Shown here: positions 7,031-15,547 of the stretch, one piece after another
How positions within the stretch are numbered: position 1 is the first letter of the stretch
How the letters are laid out: every line of letters starts with the position of its first letter
Origin: a virus
Lineage: Duplodnaviria > Caudoviricetes
Length of the DNA stretch: 28,336 nucleotides
IMG/VR virus record: IMGVR_UViG_3300008085_000097
Location: 1 to 28,336 of that record
Reading direction: 5' to 3' (one strand)
Notes under the pieces: generated by a model
Database searches by the model: none
Told to the model about the DNA's origin: nothing
What the model saw: only the letters and a program-made list of their open reading frames with translations
Position numbers and translations under genes: made by a program

Positions 7031-8761
7031 ATGCTGACCGAACAGACCGGGGGTCGGGGGGAGCACCCCGGCGCGGCCGCGCCGGATCCCGATGCGCTGA
7101 AGGACATGACCGCCGCGGAGGCAGTGCAGGCGATTGGCGCGGGTGCGGACGTGACCGACATGCCGACCGCCGCGCGCCCGACCTTTCCCGGCCCGATCGC
7201 CGAGGCGATGTACTGGGATGACAGCGACGTTGTCGGCATACAGGGGCCGGTTGGCAGCGGCAAAACGACGACCGTAATGCTTTCGCGCCTGCGCCGCGCC
7301 CTGATGATGCCCCGGTCCACCATCGACGGCTGGCGGCGCTACAAGCTCCTTGTGGTGCGCGAGACCTACCGGCAGCTGTGGTCCACCACGATCCCCAGCT
7401 ACCTCGAAACCTTCCCCAAGGCGATGGGGGCGTGGTCGGGCGGGCGCGGCGATCCCGTCACGCATGTGATCGAGTTCGAGGACGGCAACGGACCGATCGA
7501 GTTCCGCGTCGAGTTCATGGCGTTCGGCGATGACGTGATCGCGTCGATGCGCGGGATCCAGACGACCGACATGCTCTTGAACGAAGGCGACACCAACCCG
7601 GTGGAGGTGATGACCGCCGGGGTGGGCCGCATCGACCGCTGGCCGGGGCAGAAGCATTTCGACGGCTATCCGCCCGAGCTGCGCGGATACGGCCAGGTCG
7701 TGACCGATTTCAACGCGCCGGACGAGGAAAACTGGACCTTCCGGGTGTTCCACGATGCGCAGGAGCGCGAGCGCATGGCGTCCCTGCTGACCGAGGGCCT
7801 GCCGGACGGCGCGCGCCCCATCCGCATCGCGTTCCACAACCAGCCGGGTTTTGGTGAACCGGGCTGCGAGAACCTGCACAACCTCGGCCCAGCCTATTAT
7901 CCCCGCCAGATCGCCGCAATGCGCCTTTCCGGGCGGGGCGACATGATCGACCGCCTGGTGCTGAACAAGGTCGGATACCTGCGCGCGGGCGATCCGGTGT
8001 TCGCGCGGGAGTTCAACCGCCGCATCCACGTCGCGGAGACGACGATCCGGCCGGAGCCGGGCGCTCCGTTGCGCATCGGCCTTGACCAAGGATTTCTGGG
8101 TGCGGCCGTGGTGGCGCAGTTCCTGCCCCCGTTCCACTGGCGCGTCCTAGCGGAGCTGCATTTCCCGAAGGAACGGTTGATGGCCGTCACCTTTGGCCAG
8201 CGGCTGGCCGATCTGATCGAGGCGCGGTTCCCCGGCCACCGGATAGAGGCCGCCTGGGGCGACATGGCGGGCGAACATGGGGCGAGCCAGGCGGCGGACG
8301 AGAACGCGACGTGGAACCGCCTGGTCGGGCGGGTTGCCGGGTTCACGGTGCGGCCCCAGAAGATCGGAACCAACCGCCTGCAGCCGCGCCTGGAGGCCCT
8401 GCGCGCGGCGATGGAGTTCGTGAGCGGGGGCCAACCGGGCCTGCTGATCGACCCGTCCTGCCGGTTCCTGATCCGCGGTCTTGAGGCGCGGTACATCTGG
8501 CGCACCGAGGTCGATGCCAGCGGCGACAAGCGCAAGGTGCCGGACAAATCACAGACCGAGGCGAACGTGGTGGACGCGGCGCAGTACCTGCTCCTGTCCG
8601 AGCATCGGATCAACGGCATGTCGCCCATCAGTTTCCCGGCCGGAAAGGCCGCGCTGATGGGCCACAACGGCGGGCCACCCCTGGGGCACCCCGCCGATCG
8701 CGCGCCCGGCCTTGTGACGGGCTTTGACGTTCTCAACCCCTACGAAGGAGCTGACCAGTGA
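7031..8761 (+). CDS. terL: Terminase large subunit
   Basis: ATG7031 with GGGAGG SD. Walker A GPVGSGKTT, VVRETYRQL motif, Walker B-like MLLNE, nuclease motifs IGLDQG and DAAQYL. Confidence 0.92.
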   Translation: MLTEQTGGRGEHPGAAAPDPDALKDMTAAEAVQAIGAGADVTDMPTAARPTFPGPIAEAMYWDDSDVVGIQGPVGSGKTTTVMLSRLRRALMMPRSTIDGWRRYKLLVVRETYRQLWSTTIPSYLETFPKAMGAWSGGRGDPVTHVIEFEDGNGPIEFRVEFMAFGDDVIASMRGIQTTDMLLNEGDTNPVEVMTAGVGRIDRWPGQKHFDGYPPELRGYGQVVTDFNAPDEENWTFRVFHDAQERERMASLLTEGLPDGARPIRIAFHNQPGFGEPGCENLHNLGPAYYPRQIAAMRLSGRGDMIDRLVLNKVGYLRAGDPVFAREFNRRIHVAETTIRPEPGAPLRIGLDQGFLGAAVVAQFLPPFHWRVLAELHFPKERLMAVTFGQRLADLIEARFPGHRIEAAWGDMAGEHGASQAADENATWNRLVGRVAGFTVRPQKIGTNRLQPRLEALRAAMEFVSGGQPGLLIDPSCRFLIRGLEARYIWRTEVDASGDKRKVPDKSQTEANVVDAAQYLLLSEHRINGMSPISFPAGKAALMGHNGGPPLGHPADRAPGLVTGFDVLNPYEGADQ

Positions 8762-9102
8762 TCCCTGATGAACAGACCGAAACCGCGAACGCGGATGCGG
8801 ATGCAGCGCCGCAGGCCGCACCCGCAAAGCCCACGCGTCGCAAGGCCGCGCCCTACACTCACGACCAGCTGCGCGAGGTGCTGGCGGTGATCGACGCGCA
8901 GATGCATGGGCACCTGTTGCCCAACCTGATCCACGATCTCAAGGCCGATCACCGCCTGAACATCCGGGAGATCAACGGTGGGGCGCATACGGCGGCAACG
9001 ATGGGCGGGATCACCGCCGTTTCCACCGCCGGAAACTACGGCGCGATCCACGCCTGGGCCGCCGCCGCGCGCCGCCGCTTGCTGGAGGTGGACGCGGAAT
9101 GA
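8758..9102 (+). CDS. Hypothetical protein
   Basis: GTGA coupling to terL, AAGGAG SD, 114 aa. Confidence 0.75.
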   Translation: MIPDEQTETANADADAAPQAAPAKPTRRKAAPYTHDQLREVLAVIDAQMHGHLLPNLIHDLKADHRLNIREINGGAHTAATMGGITAVSTAGNYGAIHAWAAAARRRLLEVDAE

Positions 9103-9650
9103 TCCTGGTGCGCCCCTACGACGATCTGGCCGCCCATGCGGTGCTGTCGCGGCTCGATCCCGCCGATCAGCGCGAGGTCGATCTGTCGCGGGGCGCACCC
9201 ACCGCGCCGCTCGCGCTGTTCGCCGACTGGCGGGCGATGCAGGCGGTCCGGTACGAGAGCCATGTCGCCCTGACCGGGGGCACGCCCTTTGCCGTCTTTG
9301 CGCTCGCGAACGCGGGCTATTCCGGGGTGGCGTCGGTTGCCCTGCTGGCGCGCGATCACGCCCGGTTCCGCCGCCCGCTGGCCACCCTATGCACCCTGAT
9401 CCGGGCCGAACTGCCCGCCCGTGCCGAGAAATACCGCCTGACCCGCCTCGAGGCCCGCAGCTGGTCCGCGCATCCAACCGGGGCGCGCCTGTTGACCGCC
9501 ATGGGGTTTCGGCGCGAGGCCGACCTGCCCGGTTTCGGGATCGGTGGCAGCCTGACCTTCACCCAGTTTGCCCGCGTTTTCCTGTTCCCCATCCATCTTG
9601 GCCAAGACGACCCTCACCCCGACCAGCCCCCCATCAACCCGAAGGAGTAA
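9099..9650 (+). CDS. GNAT-fold / T7 gp13-like protein
   Basis: N-terminal RLDPADQRE and C-terminal HPTGARLLTAMGFRREA resemble the acetyltransferase-like podovirus gp13 family. Confidence 0.6.
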   Translation: MILVRPYDDLAAHAVLSRLDPADQREVDLSRGAPTAPLALFADWRAMQAVRYESHVALTGGTPFAVFALANAGYSGVASVALLARDHARFRRPLATLCTLIRAELPARAEKYRLTRLEARSWSAHPTGARLLTAMGFRREADLPGFGIGGSLTFTQFARVFLFPIHLGQDDPHPDQPPINPKE

Positions 9651-9655
9651 TCCCC

Positions 9656-9838
9656 ATGTGCTTTGGAAGTTCCGCCCGCCCCGCCCCCCTGCGCATCGCC
9701 TCGGCCGACAACCGCGAGGCCATCCAGCAGGCCGACCTCGAAGCCCGATTGCGCAAGCGCCGCGCCGGTGCCGCCGCAGATGTGCTGACCGGCCCTACCG
9801 GTATCCCGTCCACACCCACCCTCGGGGGGCGTGCGTAA
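9656..9838 (+). CDS. Small virion protein (T7 gp7.3-like, pre-portal)
   Basis: AAGGAG SD. MCFGSSARPAP...RKRRAG...VLTGPTG...TLGG. TAATG coupling to the portal. Confidence 0.7.
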   Translation: MCFGSSARPAPLRIASADNREAIQQADLEARLRKRRAGAAADVLTGPTGIPSTPTLGGRA

Positions 9839-11484
9839 TGGCCGACATGACCGCCGTCACCACGCGCCACCCGGCGTTCGACCAGGCGCACCGCCGATGG
9901 GGCGAGTTGAAAACCGACCGCGTCACCCACGAGCGCGACTGGGAGCTGATCGCCCAGTTGATGCGGCCCCAGCGCGGGGGCTTCGGCCTCGACGATCCTA
10001 CGACGCGCGACCGCCTGCGGCCGCTGTCATCTGGGCCGATCCTTGCGCAGTCCAACTTTTCCGCCGGGCTTTATGGCACCCTGACCAACCCGGCAAACAA
10101 GTGGTTCGGCCTCAAGACCAACGACCCCGAGCTTGACCAGTTCCATTCGGCGCGCCTCTGGCTCGACAAGGTGACCGAGCGGGTGCTGGCGAGCTTCCTG
10201 CCCGGCGTGTCTCCGTTCTACACCGCCACGACACAGGTGTTTTCGGACCTTGCCGCCTTTGGCAACGCCGCCCAGTACGACGAGCTGGTGACAGCGGAAC
10301 GCAAGATCCTGGACGTGACACTGTCCCTGGCGGAGGTGGTGTTCGATATCGACGGTTACGGCCGTGTGTCCGAGGTGGTGCGGCGGTTCCGGTTGAAGGC
10401 GGCGTCCGCGCTTCGGATGTTCGGCGCACGCGCCCTGCCGCACAAGTTCGCCGAATGGGCGGAAAAGGGCGACCAGACGCAGCACGTGTTCTTCCAGCAT
10501 GTGCACCCGAACGACGATTTCCAGCCCGGTCGCCTTGGCCTGCGCGGCAAACGGTGGGCGTCCGTCACCACGACCGAAGTGGACGGGGCACTGGTGCGGG
10601 CGTCGGGCTACGACGAAATGCCGTTTTTTGCCCCGCGGTGGGAGGTGGACAGCGGGTCAATCTATGGCGTCGGGCCTGCCTTCAACGCCCTCGCATCCGC
10701 CCGGGCCCACAACCGGATGGACGAGGCAACCCTGCGCATGGCGCAGCGTGCGGCCGATCCCACGCTTCTGGCGGGCGATCGGGAAAACTGGCCGCTGGCC
10801 GGGCGCATCCGCCCCGGTACGGTGGTGTACGGCGCTCTCGACGCCCGCGGCAATGCGATGCTGCGCCCGCTGGAAATGGCCGGGTCGATCAACCTCACGC
10901 TGGCCGAAAAGCAGCAGAAGATGGAGGAGATCAGGGACGCCTTCCACTATTCGCTGATGAACCTTGCCGGGCGCACCGGCATGACGGCGACCGAGGTCAT
11001 GGCGATCACGGAAGAGCGGCAGCGCCTCTGGGCGCCGCATCAGGGACGGGTGCAGGAGGAATTCCTTGCGCCCAAGGTCGCGCGCCGGTTCGCCCTGTTG
11101 TGGCGCGCCGGTCAGTTGCCGCCCCCGCCTGAGGAATTGCGCGGGGTCGAGCTGCGCGTCGATTACCAATCGGCGGCGGCGGCGGCACAGCGCAGCGTAG
11201 AGGGCAACGCGGCCCTGCGCATCCTGCAGGACATCAGCCCCCTGATCGGGATCAAGCCGCGCCTGGCGGATCGGATCGACGAGGATGGCCTTCTGGAGAC
11301 GCTGATGAATGCGCGCGGCGCCCCGGCGCAGATGTTCCGGTCGCGCGAACAGGCCGATGCCATTGCCGAACAGCGCGCCCAGGCGCAGCAGGCGATGCAG
11401 ATGGCCCAGATGGCACAAGCCGGGGCCGGAGCAGTGCGCGACGTGGCGGACGCGACCATGGCGGCGCAGGAGGCGGGCCTGTGA
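9838..11484 (+). CDS. Portal (head-to-tail connector, T7/BPP-1 type)
   Basis: 548 aa with LTNPANKWFGL, DLAAFGNA, SGYDEMPFFAPRWEV..GSIYGVGP and MTATEV motifs. Confidence 0.93.
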   Translation: MADMTAVTTRHPAFDQAHRRWGELKTDRVTHERDWELIAQLMRPQRGGFGLDDPTTRDRLRPLSSGPILAQSNFSAGLYGTLTNPANKWFGLKTNDPELDQFHSARLWLDKVTERVLASFLPGVSPFYTATTQVFSDLAAFGNAAQYDELVTAERKILDVTLSLAEVVFDIDGYGRVSEVVRRFRLKAASALRMFGARALPHKFAEWAEKGDQTQHVFFQHVHPNDDFQPGRLGLRGKRWASVTTTEVDGALVRASGYDEMPFFAPRWEVDSGSIYGVGPAFNALASARAHNRMDEATLRMAQRAADPTLLAGDRENWPLAGRIRPGTVVYGALDARGNAMLRPLEMAGSINLTLAEKQQKMEEIRDAFHYSLMNLAGRTGMTATEVMAITEERQRLWAPHQGRVQEEFLAPKVARRFALLWRAGQLPPPPEELRGVELRVDYQSAAAAAQRSVEGNAALRILQDISPLIGIKPRLADRIDEDGLLETLMNARGAPAQMFRSREQADAIAEQRAQAQQAMQMAQMAQAGAGAVRDVADATMAAQEAGL

Positions 11485-11789
11485 TCTGGTCCCCGATCGA
11501 CATCCTGCGCAGCCTGTTCCCGACCCGCAAGGCGGCGGATGCGGTGGCACCCCGCTGGCGCGCCGCCGCCACCCGCGCGCCCGAGCTGCGCGCCGATCTG
11601 ATCCGGCTGGGTGGCCTTCTGGCCCTGCAGCCGGTGATCGTGAACGGCGGGATCCCCGAGTTCGAGACGCCGGACGCGATGCGTCTGGCCTATGAGGCCG
11701 GGCGCCGAGATCTGGCGATGCAGATCCTCGCACTCATGGATACCACCCCCGAAATCTATCAGGAAATGTTGGAGGACAACGATGTTTAA
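11481..11789 (+). CDS. Bbp19-like protein
   Basis: AYEAGRRDLAMQIL motif, located between portal and scaffold. Confidence 0.65.
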   Translation: MIWSPIDILRSLFPTRKAADAVAPRWRAAATRAPELRADLIRLGGLLALQPVIVNGGIPEFETPDAMRLAYEAGRRDLAMQILALMDTTPEIYQEMLEDNDV

Positions 11790-12768
11790 GCCCCATTGGC
11801 TTTCGCTGCCGCGCGTGCTGCGCGCCCCCGAGGATGGCGCGGGTGCGGCCGCCGTGACACCGCCCGCCGGTGAAGGTGTCCCGGCTGCAGGCGAAGGCGC
11901 AGCCCAGCCCGCCGGTGCCAATGCCGCGCCCGCCAAGTCGCCCTGGTATGCCGATGCGGGCTACACGGAAGAAGATCGCCAGTGGCTGACCGCGCGGGGT
12001 CTGACCGAGGACGATGTGACCAAGGTTGTCCCGAAACTGGTGCGCGGACATCGGAACGCCGAGGCGCGCCTGGGCCGCGGGGTCGATACGATCCTCGACA
12101 AGCCCGCCAAGGATCAGCCGATCAGCGACTGGATGCGTGCGAACGCCGCGGCCCTGGGCCTGCCCGACAAGCCCGAGGGGTATGAGGTCAAGCCGCCGGA
12201 GTTCTGGCCGAAGGATTTGCCCTGGGACAGCGCGCTGGAGGCCAAGGCGCGCGACATCGCGTTCAAGGCCGGGGCGCACCCCGAGGTGCACAAGCAGTAT
12301 GTGGCCCTCTTCGCCGAAAAGATGAAGGCGATGGAATATGCGTCGCGCGAGGGGCTGGCCACCGCGCAGGCGGAAATGATGGCCGAGCTGCGCCGCGACT
12401 ATGGGGCCCAGACCGATGCCAAGATCACGCAGGCGCGCCAGGCGGCACAGGCGATCGGCGAAAAGGCGGGTCTGACCACCGACCAGATCGCGGCGATCGG
12501 CCAGACGCTGAGTGACAAGCTGGGCGATGCCGGGGTGATCCGGTTCCTCGCCACCGCCGCCGAGGCGTTCGGCGAGGACAGCGCCGCGGCGATCGGGCGG
12601 GGTGGCCAGCTGACCACGACGCCGGCCGAGGCGCGTGCCGAACTGGCGGCGATCACCGCCGCAGACGGGCCGATGCAAAAGGCAATGGCGGCGCAGGACC
12701 GCACGGGGATCGCGGAACTCAACGCCCGGCGGGTGATGCTGGCCAAAATCGCGGCGGCCACGAAATGA
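11782..12768 (+). CDS. Capsid scaffolding/assembly protein
   Basis: GGAGG SD, flexible Ala/Pro N-terminus, LGLPDKPEGYE and ELRRDYG motifs, helical composition, upstream of the capsid gene. Confidence 0.8.
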   Translation: MFKPHWLSLPRVLRAPEDGAGAAAVTPPAGEGVPAAGEGAAQPAGANAAPAKSPWYADAGYTEEDRQWLTARGLTEDDVTKVVPKLVRGHRNAEARLGRGVDTILDKPAKDQPISDWMRANAAALGLPDKPEGYEVKPPEFWPKDLPWDSALEAKARDIAFKAGAHPEVHKQYVALFAEKMKAMEYASREGLATAQAEMMAELRRDYGAQTDAKITQARQAAQAIGEKAGLTTDQIAAIGQTLSDKLGDAGVIRFLATAAEAFGEDSAAAIGRGGQLTTTPAEARAELAAITAADGPMQKAMAAQDRTGIAELNARRVMLAKIAAATK

Positions 12769-12926
12769 CGCCCGCAGAGGCCATGCGCCACGGCGTCAGC
12801 GCAGAGGCGGTGATCCTTGCCGCCCTCGCGCATCTGCCCCCCGCCGTCGCCAAGGCGGCGGCCTACCGCGCCGCCTCGACCCTCGCGCGGCAGGAACAGG
12901 ACGCCGCGCACGGGAGGCAGGCATGA
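12765..12926 (+). CDS. Small hypothetical protein (53 aa, not in the ORF track)
   Basis: MTPAEAMRHGVSAEAVILAALAHLPP..., with ATGA overlaps at both ends. Confidence 0.65.
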   Translation: MTPAEAMRHGVSAEAVILAALAHLPPAVAKAAAYRAASTLARQEQDAAHGRQA

Positions 12927-13183
12927 CGGAGCCTCGCTACGGACAGTGGGAGACCCCGCACACCATGACGATCCTGAACGCAGTCAGCCGGATGCGCGCG
13001 CGCGGCTACCACCCGGTCACCGTCACACTTGGCGTCGCCTATCTTTCGGATTGCCGGCGCGAGCTGGGCGATCACAATAGCGCGTTGCGTCGTGACCAGA
13101 ATGGCATGTTCACCATTCAGGGCATCCCGATCGACCTGCGCAGTGATTTCGAGGGGTTCATGGTCAAGGCTGACATCGACTGA
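12923..13183 (+). CDS. Small hypothetical protein (86 aa)
   Basis: GGGAGG SD and ATGA coupling. Confidence 0.7.
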   Translation: MTEPRYGQWETPHTMTILNAVSRMRARGYHPVTVTLGVAYLSDCRRELGDHNSALRRDQNGMFTIQGIPIDLRSDFEGFMVKADID

Positions 13184-13195
13184 CACCCCCACAGC

Positions 13196-13224
13196 TATGC
13201 CGCGCCGCTGATCTGCGCGGCATA
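13196..13224 (+). terminator. Stem-loop after the scaffold operon (terminator or processing site)
   Basis: Perfect 10-bp stem TATGCCGCGC/GCGCGGCATA, without a clear U tract. Confidence 0.45.
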
Positions 13225-13433
13225 TCTGGTGGATTTCGCGCGTGAACCCCCTTGAAATGCGGCCCGATCTGTGTCTTTCCTTTGCCTTGATGGGCACCCC
13301 GGCCGCGCCGGGTCCGTCTGACCGCCCCAAATGGGGCCGCCCACGCGGGCGCACCGCGAGGAACGGTCCGGGCATCCGGGCACCCCTTCCGAAAAAACCC
13401 AATCACTCGCGTGTTTTTTCAAAGGAGGGGCCT

Positions 13434-14360
13434 ATGCCCGAATACGCAATGAACGTCGAACAGCACCACCGCCTGCTTTACGCGGGGTCGGTGCAGATGG
13501 TGGCCCAGCAAACCCGCGATCCCTTTGCCGGTCTCGTCACCGATGTGAGCGCAAATGGCGAGGCGCAATCGACCGCCGATCTGATGGATGCCGGCGAATA
13601 CGCCTACGGCGAGGATCGCAGCCGCCGCAACCCGGAAATGCCGGTCACCGGCACCCGTCGCTGGCTGGTCCGCCCGCCGGTGATCGAAAGTGGCCAGTAC
13701 ATCGACACCGAGGACAAGTTCGCCACCGCGACCGACCCGACCAGTGCAGTAGTCACCACCCACACGCGCCGCGTCCTGCGCGGCAAGGCCGACCGCACAT
13801 TGGGCATCCGCCGGATCGACGGTGAATTTGTCGTCGCGGATGGCGGGATCCTCGGATCTGCCATCAGCGGCAAGCGTCCGGGTGCGGCAAGCGCGCTGGC
13901 GGGCGGCCTGTTCGTTCCTCACGGCAGCACGGGCCTGACGCTCACCAAGCTGAAGGACACCGTCAAGGTGCTCAACCTCGACGATTTCGGGATCGAGGAT
14001 GATGATCCGCTTTATGCCGCGATCACGCCGCATCAGAAGGATGACCTTCTCGACATCGTTGCGGCCACCGGCGCCACCCTCAACGCCTTCGGGATCGAGC
14101 AACTGATGAAGGGCAAGCCCACGATGCTGATGGGCATCAACTGGGTGATGACCAACCGTCTGCCGAAGAACGCCGCCGGCCACTGGCTGATCCCGGTCTG
14201 GTCGAAGAAGAACATCGTGCGCGGCATCTGGCAAGATGTGCAGGGCGACATGTGGAACGACACCTCGGCCAAGAACAAGCCCTATGCCTATGTTTCGGCC
14301 TACGTCGATTGCACCCGCATCGAGGACAAGGGCGTCCGCGTCATCGAGTGCGTCGAGTAA
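13434..14360 (+). CDS. Major capsid protein
   Basis: AAAGGAGG SD, 308 aa. VQMVAQQT, TRRWL, LMGINWVMTNRLP and CTRIEDKGVRVIECVE are typical of BPP-1-like capsid proteins. Confidence 0.9.
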   Translation: MPEYAMNVEQHHRLLYAGSVQMVAQQTRDPFAGLVTDVSANGEAQSTADLMDAGEYAYGEDRSRRNPEMPVTGTRRWLVRPPVIESGQYIDTEDKFATATDPTSAVVTTHTRRVLRGKADRTLGIRRIDGEFVVADGGILGSAISGKRPGAASALAGGLFVPHGSTGLTLTKLKDTVKVLNLDDFGIEDDDPLYAAITPHQKDDLLDIVAATGATLNAFGIEQLMKGKPTMLMGINWVMTNRLPKNAAGHWLIPVWSKKNIVRGIWQDVQGDMWNDTSAKNKPYAYVSAYVDCTRIEDKGVRVIECVE

Positions 14361-14366
14361 AACGGC

Positions 14367-14399
14367 GGTGCGCGGGCTGAGGCCCGCCCACCTTTCCCC
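14367..14399 (+). terminator. Hairpin after the capsid gene
   Basis: GGTG-C-GCGGGC-TGAG-GCCCGC-C-CACC followed by TTT. Confidence 0.45.
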
Positions 14400-14424
14400 A
14401 ACCATCCACTGAGGAGACACCCCC

Positions 14425-14880
14425 ATGGCCGTTGTGATCGGCAAATCCACCCTCATCCGCGATCCGCGCATCGGCGAGGCCGCGGTCGATCCCGCCGTTG
14501 CGCGGGGCCGCACGATCTCTGCAACCTTCACCGCCACCAACGCCTCGACCGACAACACCGGGTCGAAGTGGCACCTTGCCGACCTTCCGTCCGATGCGAT
14601 CCTGGACGAAAGCACGTCGATCCTTGTGTCCGGCTGGGGCTTTGCCGCCGTGCGCATCGGCACGAAAACCGATGTCGATGCGCTGGTCGCGGTCGTCACC
14701 TCTGCCGCCGCGGTGGTGAACCCCGTCGCGATCGGCGACGCCAAGCACGGCGTGCCGCTGTGGCAGGTGCTGGGCCTTGCAGCTGATCCGGGCGGCAACA
14801 TCGGCCTCTGGGCGCACGCGATCGCCAACGCGACCGGCGCGGGCAGCCTGAAGGGCAAGTTCGCCTACCGCTACCGCTGA
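14425..14880 (+). CDS. Capsid decoration/cement protein (Bbp16-like position)
   Basis: GAGGAG SD, 151 aa beta-rich sequence directly after the capsid gene. Confidence 0.65.
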   Translation: MAVVIGKSTLIRDPRIGEAAVDPAVARGRTISATFTATNASTDNTGSKWHLADLPSDAILDESTSILVSGWGFAAVRIGTKTDVDALVAVVTSAAAVVNPVAIGDAKHGVPLWQVLGLAADPGGNIGLWAHAIANATGAGSLKGKFAYRYR

Positions 14881-14894
14881 GGCGCCTGCAGCAT

Positions 14895-14920
14895 CGCCGG
14901 GGCCGCGCAAGGCCCCGGCG
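14895..14920 (+). terminator. GC-rich hairpin after the head genes
   Basis: CGCCGGGGCC-GCGCAA-GGCCCCGGCG, a perfect 10-bp stem. Confidence 0.55.
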
Positions 14921-14944
14921 CATCCGTTTCCCCCGGAGTGACCG

Positions 14945-15547
14945 ATGACCACGCCCACGCCCATCGCCGCCTCGACGATTGCCGCGCAGGCGTTCCGGTT
15001 TCTGGAGCTTTCCCCGATTTCGAGCTTTGAGGACGCCAGCGAACAGGCCTCCTCGGCGCGCGAACAGTATCCCTTTGCCCTCGCGCATTGCCTCGAGGCG
15101 GTCGAATGGTCCTTCGCCTCGGTCTATGCCGAACTGCCGCCCGCCGTGCCGGGTCCCGGCGTCGCGACCGACCCCGCCCTGCCCTATCTCTATGCCATCC
15201 CCGGCGACGTGATCCGATTGCACGAGGTCGGGCCGCACGGCACCCGCTGGCGCCGCGACCGCGACGGGCTGCGCGCCGATGTGCCCGCCCCCCTGCCGGT
15301 GCGCTACACCGGGCGGATCGAGAACGAGGCGATCCTGCCCGCGACGTTCCAGACGGCTGTGTCGCTGCGCCTCGCGGCCCTGCTGGCGCCGCGCTGGCTG
15401 GGCACCGCCAGCAAGGTTGCGACGATCGAGGAGAATTTCGCGCGCACGCTGCGCATGGCGATGCGCCAGGACGCGCGGCAGGCCGCTGACATGCGCTATG
15501 ACGGCCGCGCGGACCAACCCGACTGGGCCTGTGAGGCACGCTATTGA
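14945..15547 (+). CDS. Tail tubular protein A / adaptor (T7 gp11-like)
   Basis: 200 aa with ISSFED, WSFA, YLYAIPGDVIRL and FQTAVSLRLAALLA motifs. Confidence 0.85.
   Translation: MTTPTPIAASTIAAQAFRFLELSPISSFEDASEQASSAREQYPFALAHCLEAVEWSFASVYAELPPAVPGPGVATDPALPYLYAIPGDVIRLHEVGPHGTRWRRDRDGLRADVPAPLPVRYTGRIENEAILPATFQTAVSLRLAALLAPRWLGTASKVATIEENFARTLRMAMRQDARQAADMRYDGRADQPDWACEARY

Noticed and set aside
13252-13280. Sigma70 promoter for the capsid gene (TTGAAA at 13252)
   Set aside because: No credible -10 at 16-18 nt spacing. It may be activator-dependent, but this cannot be supported from the sequence.
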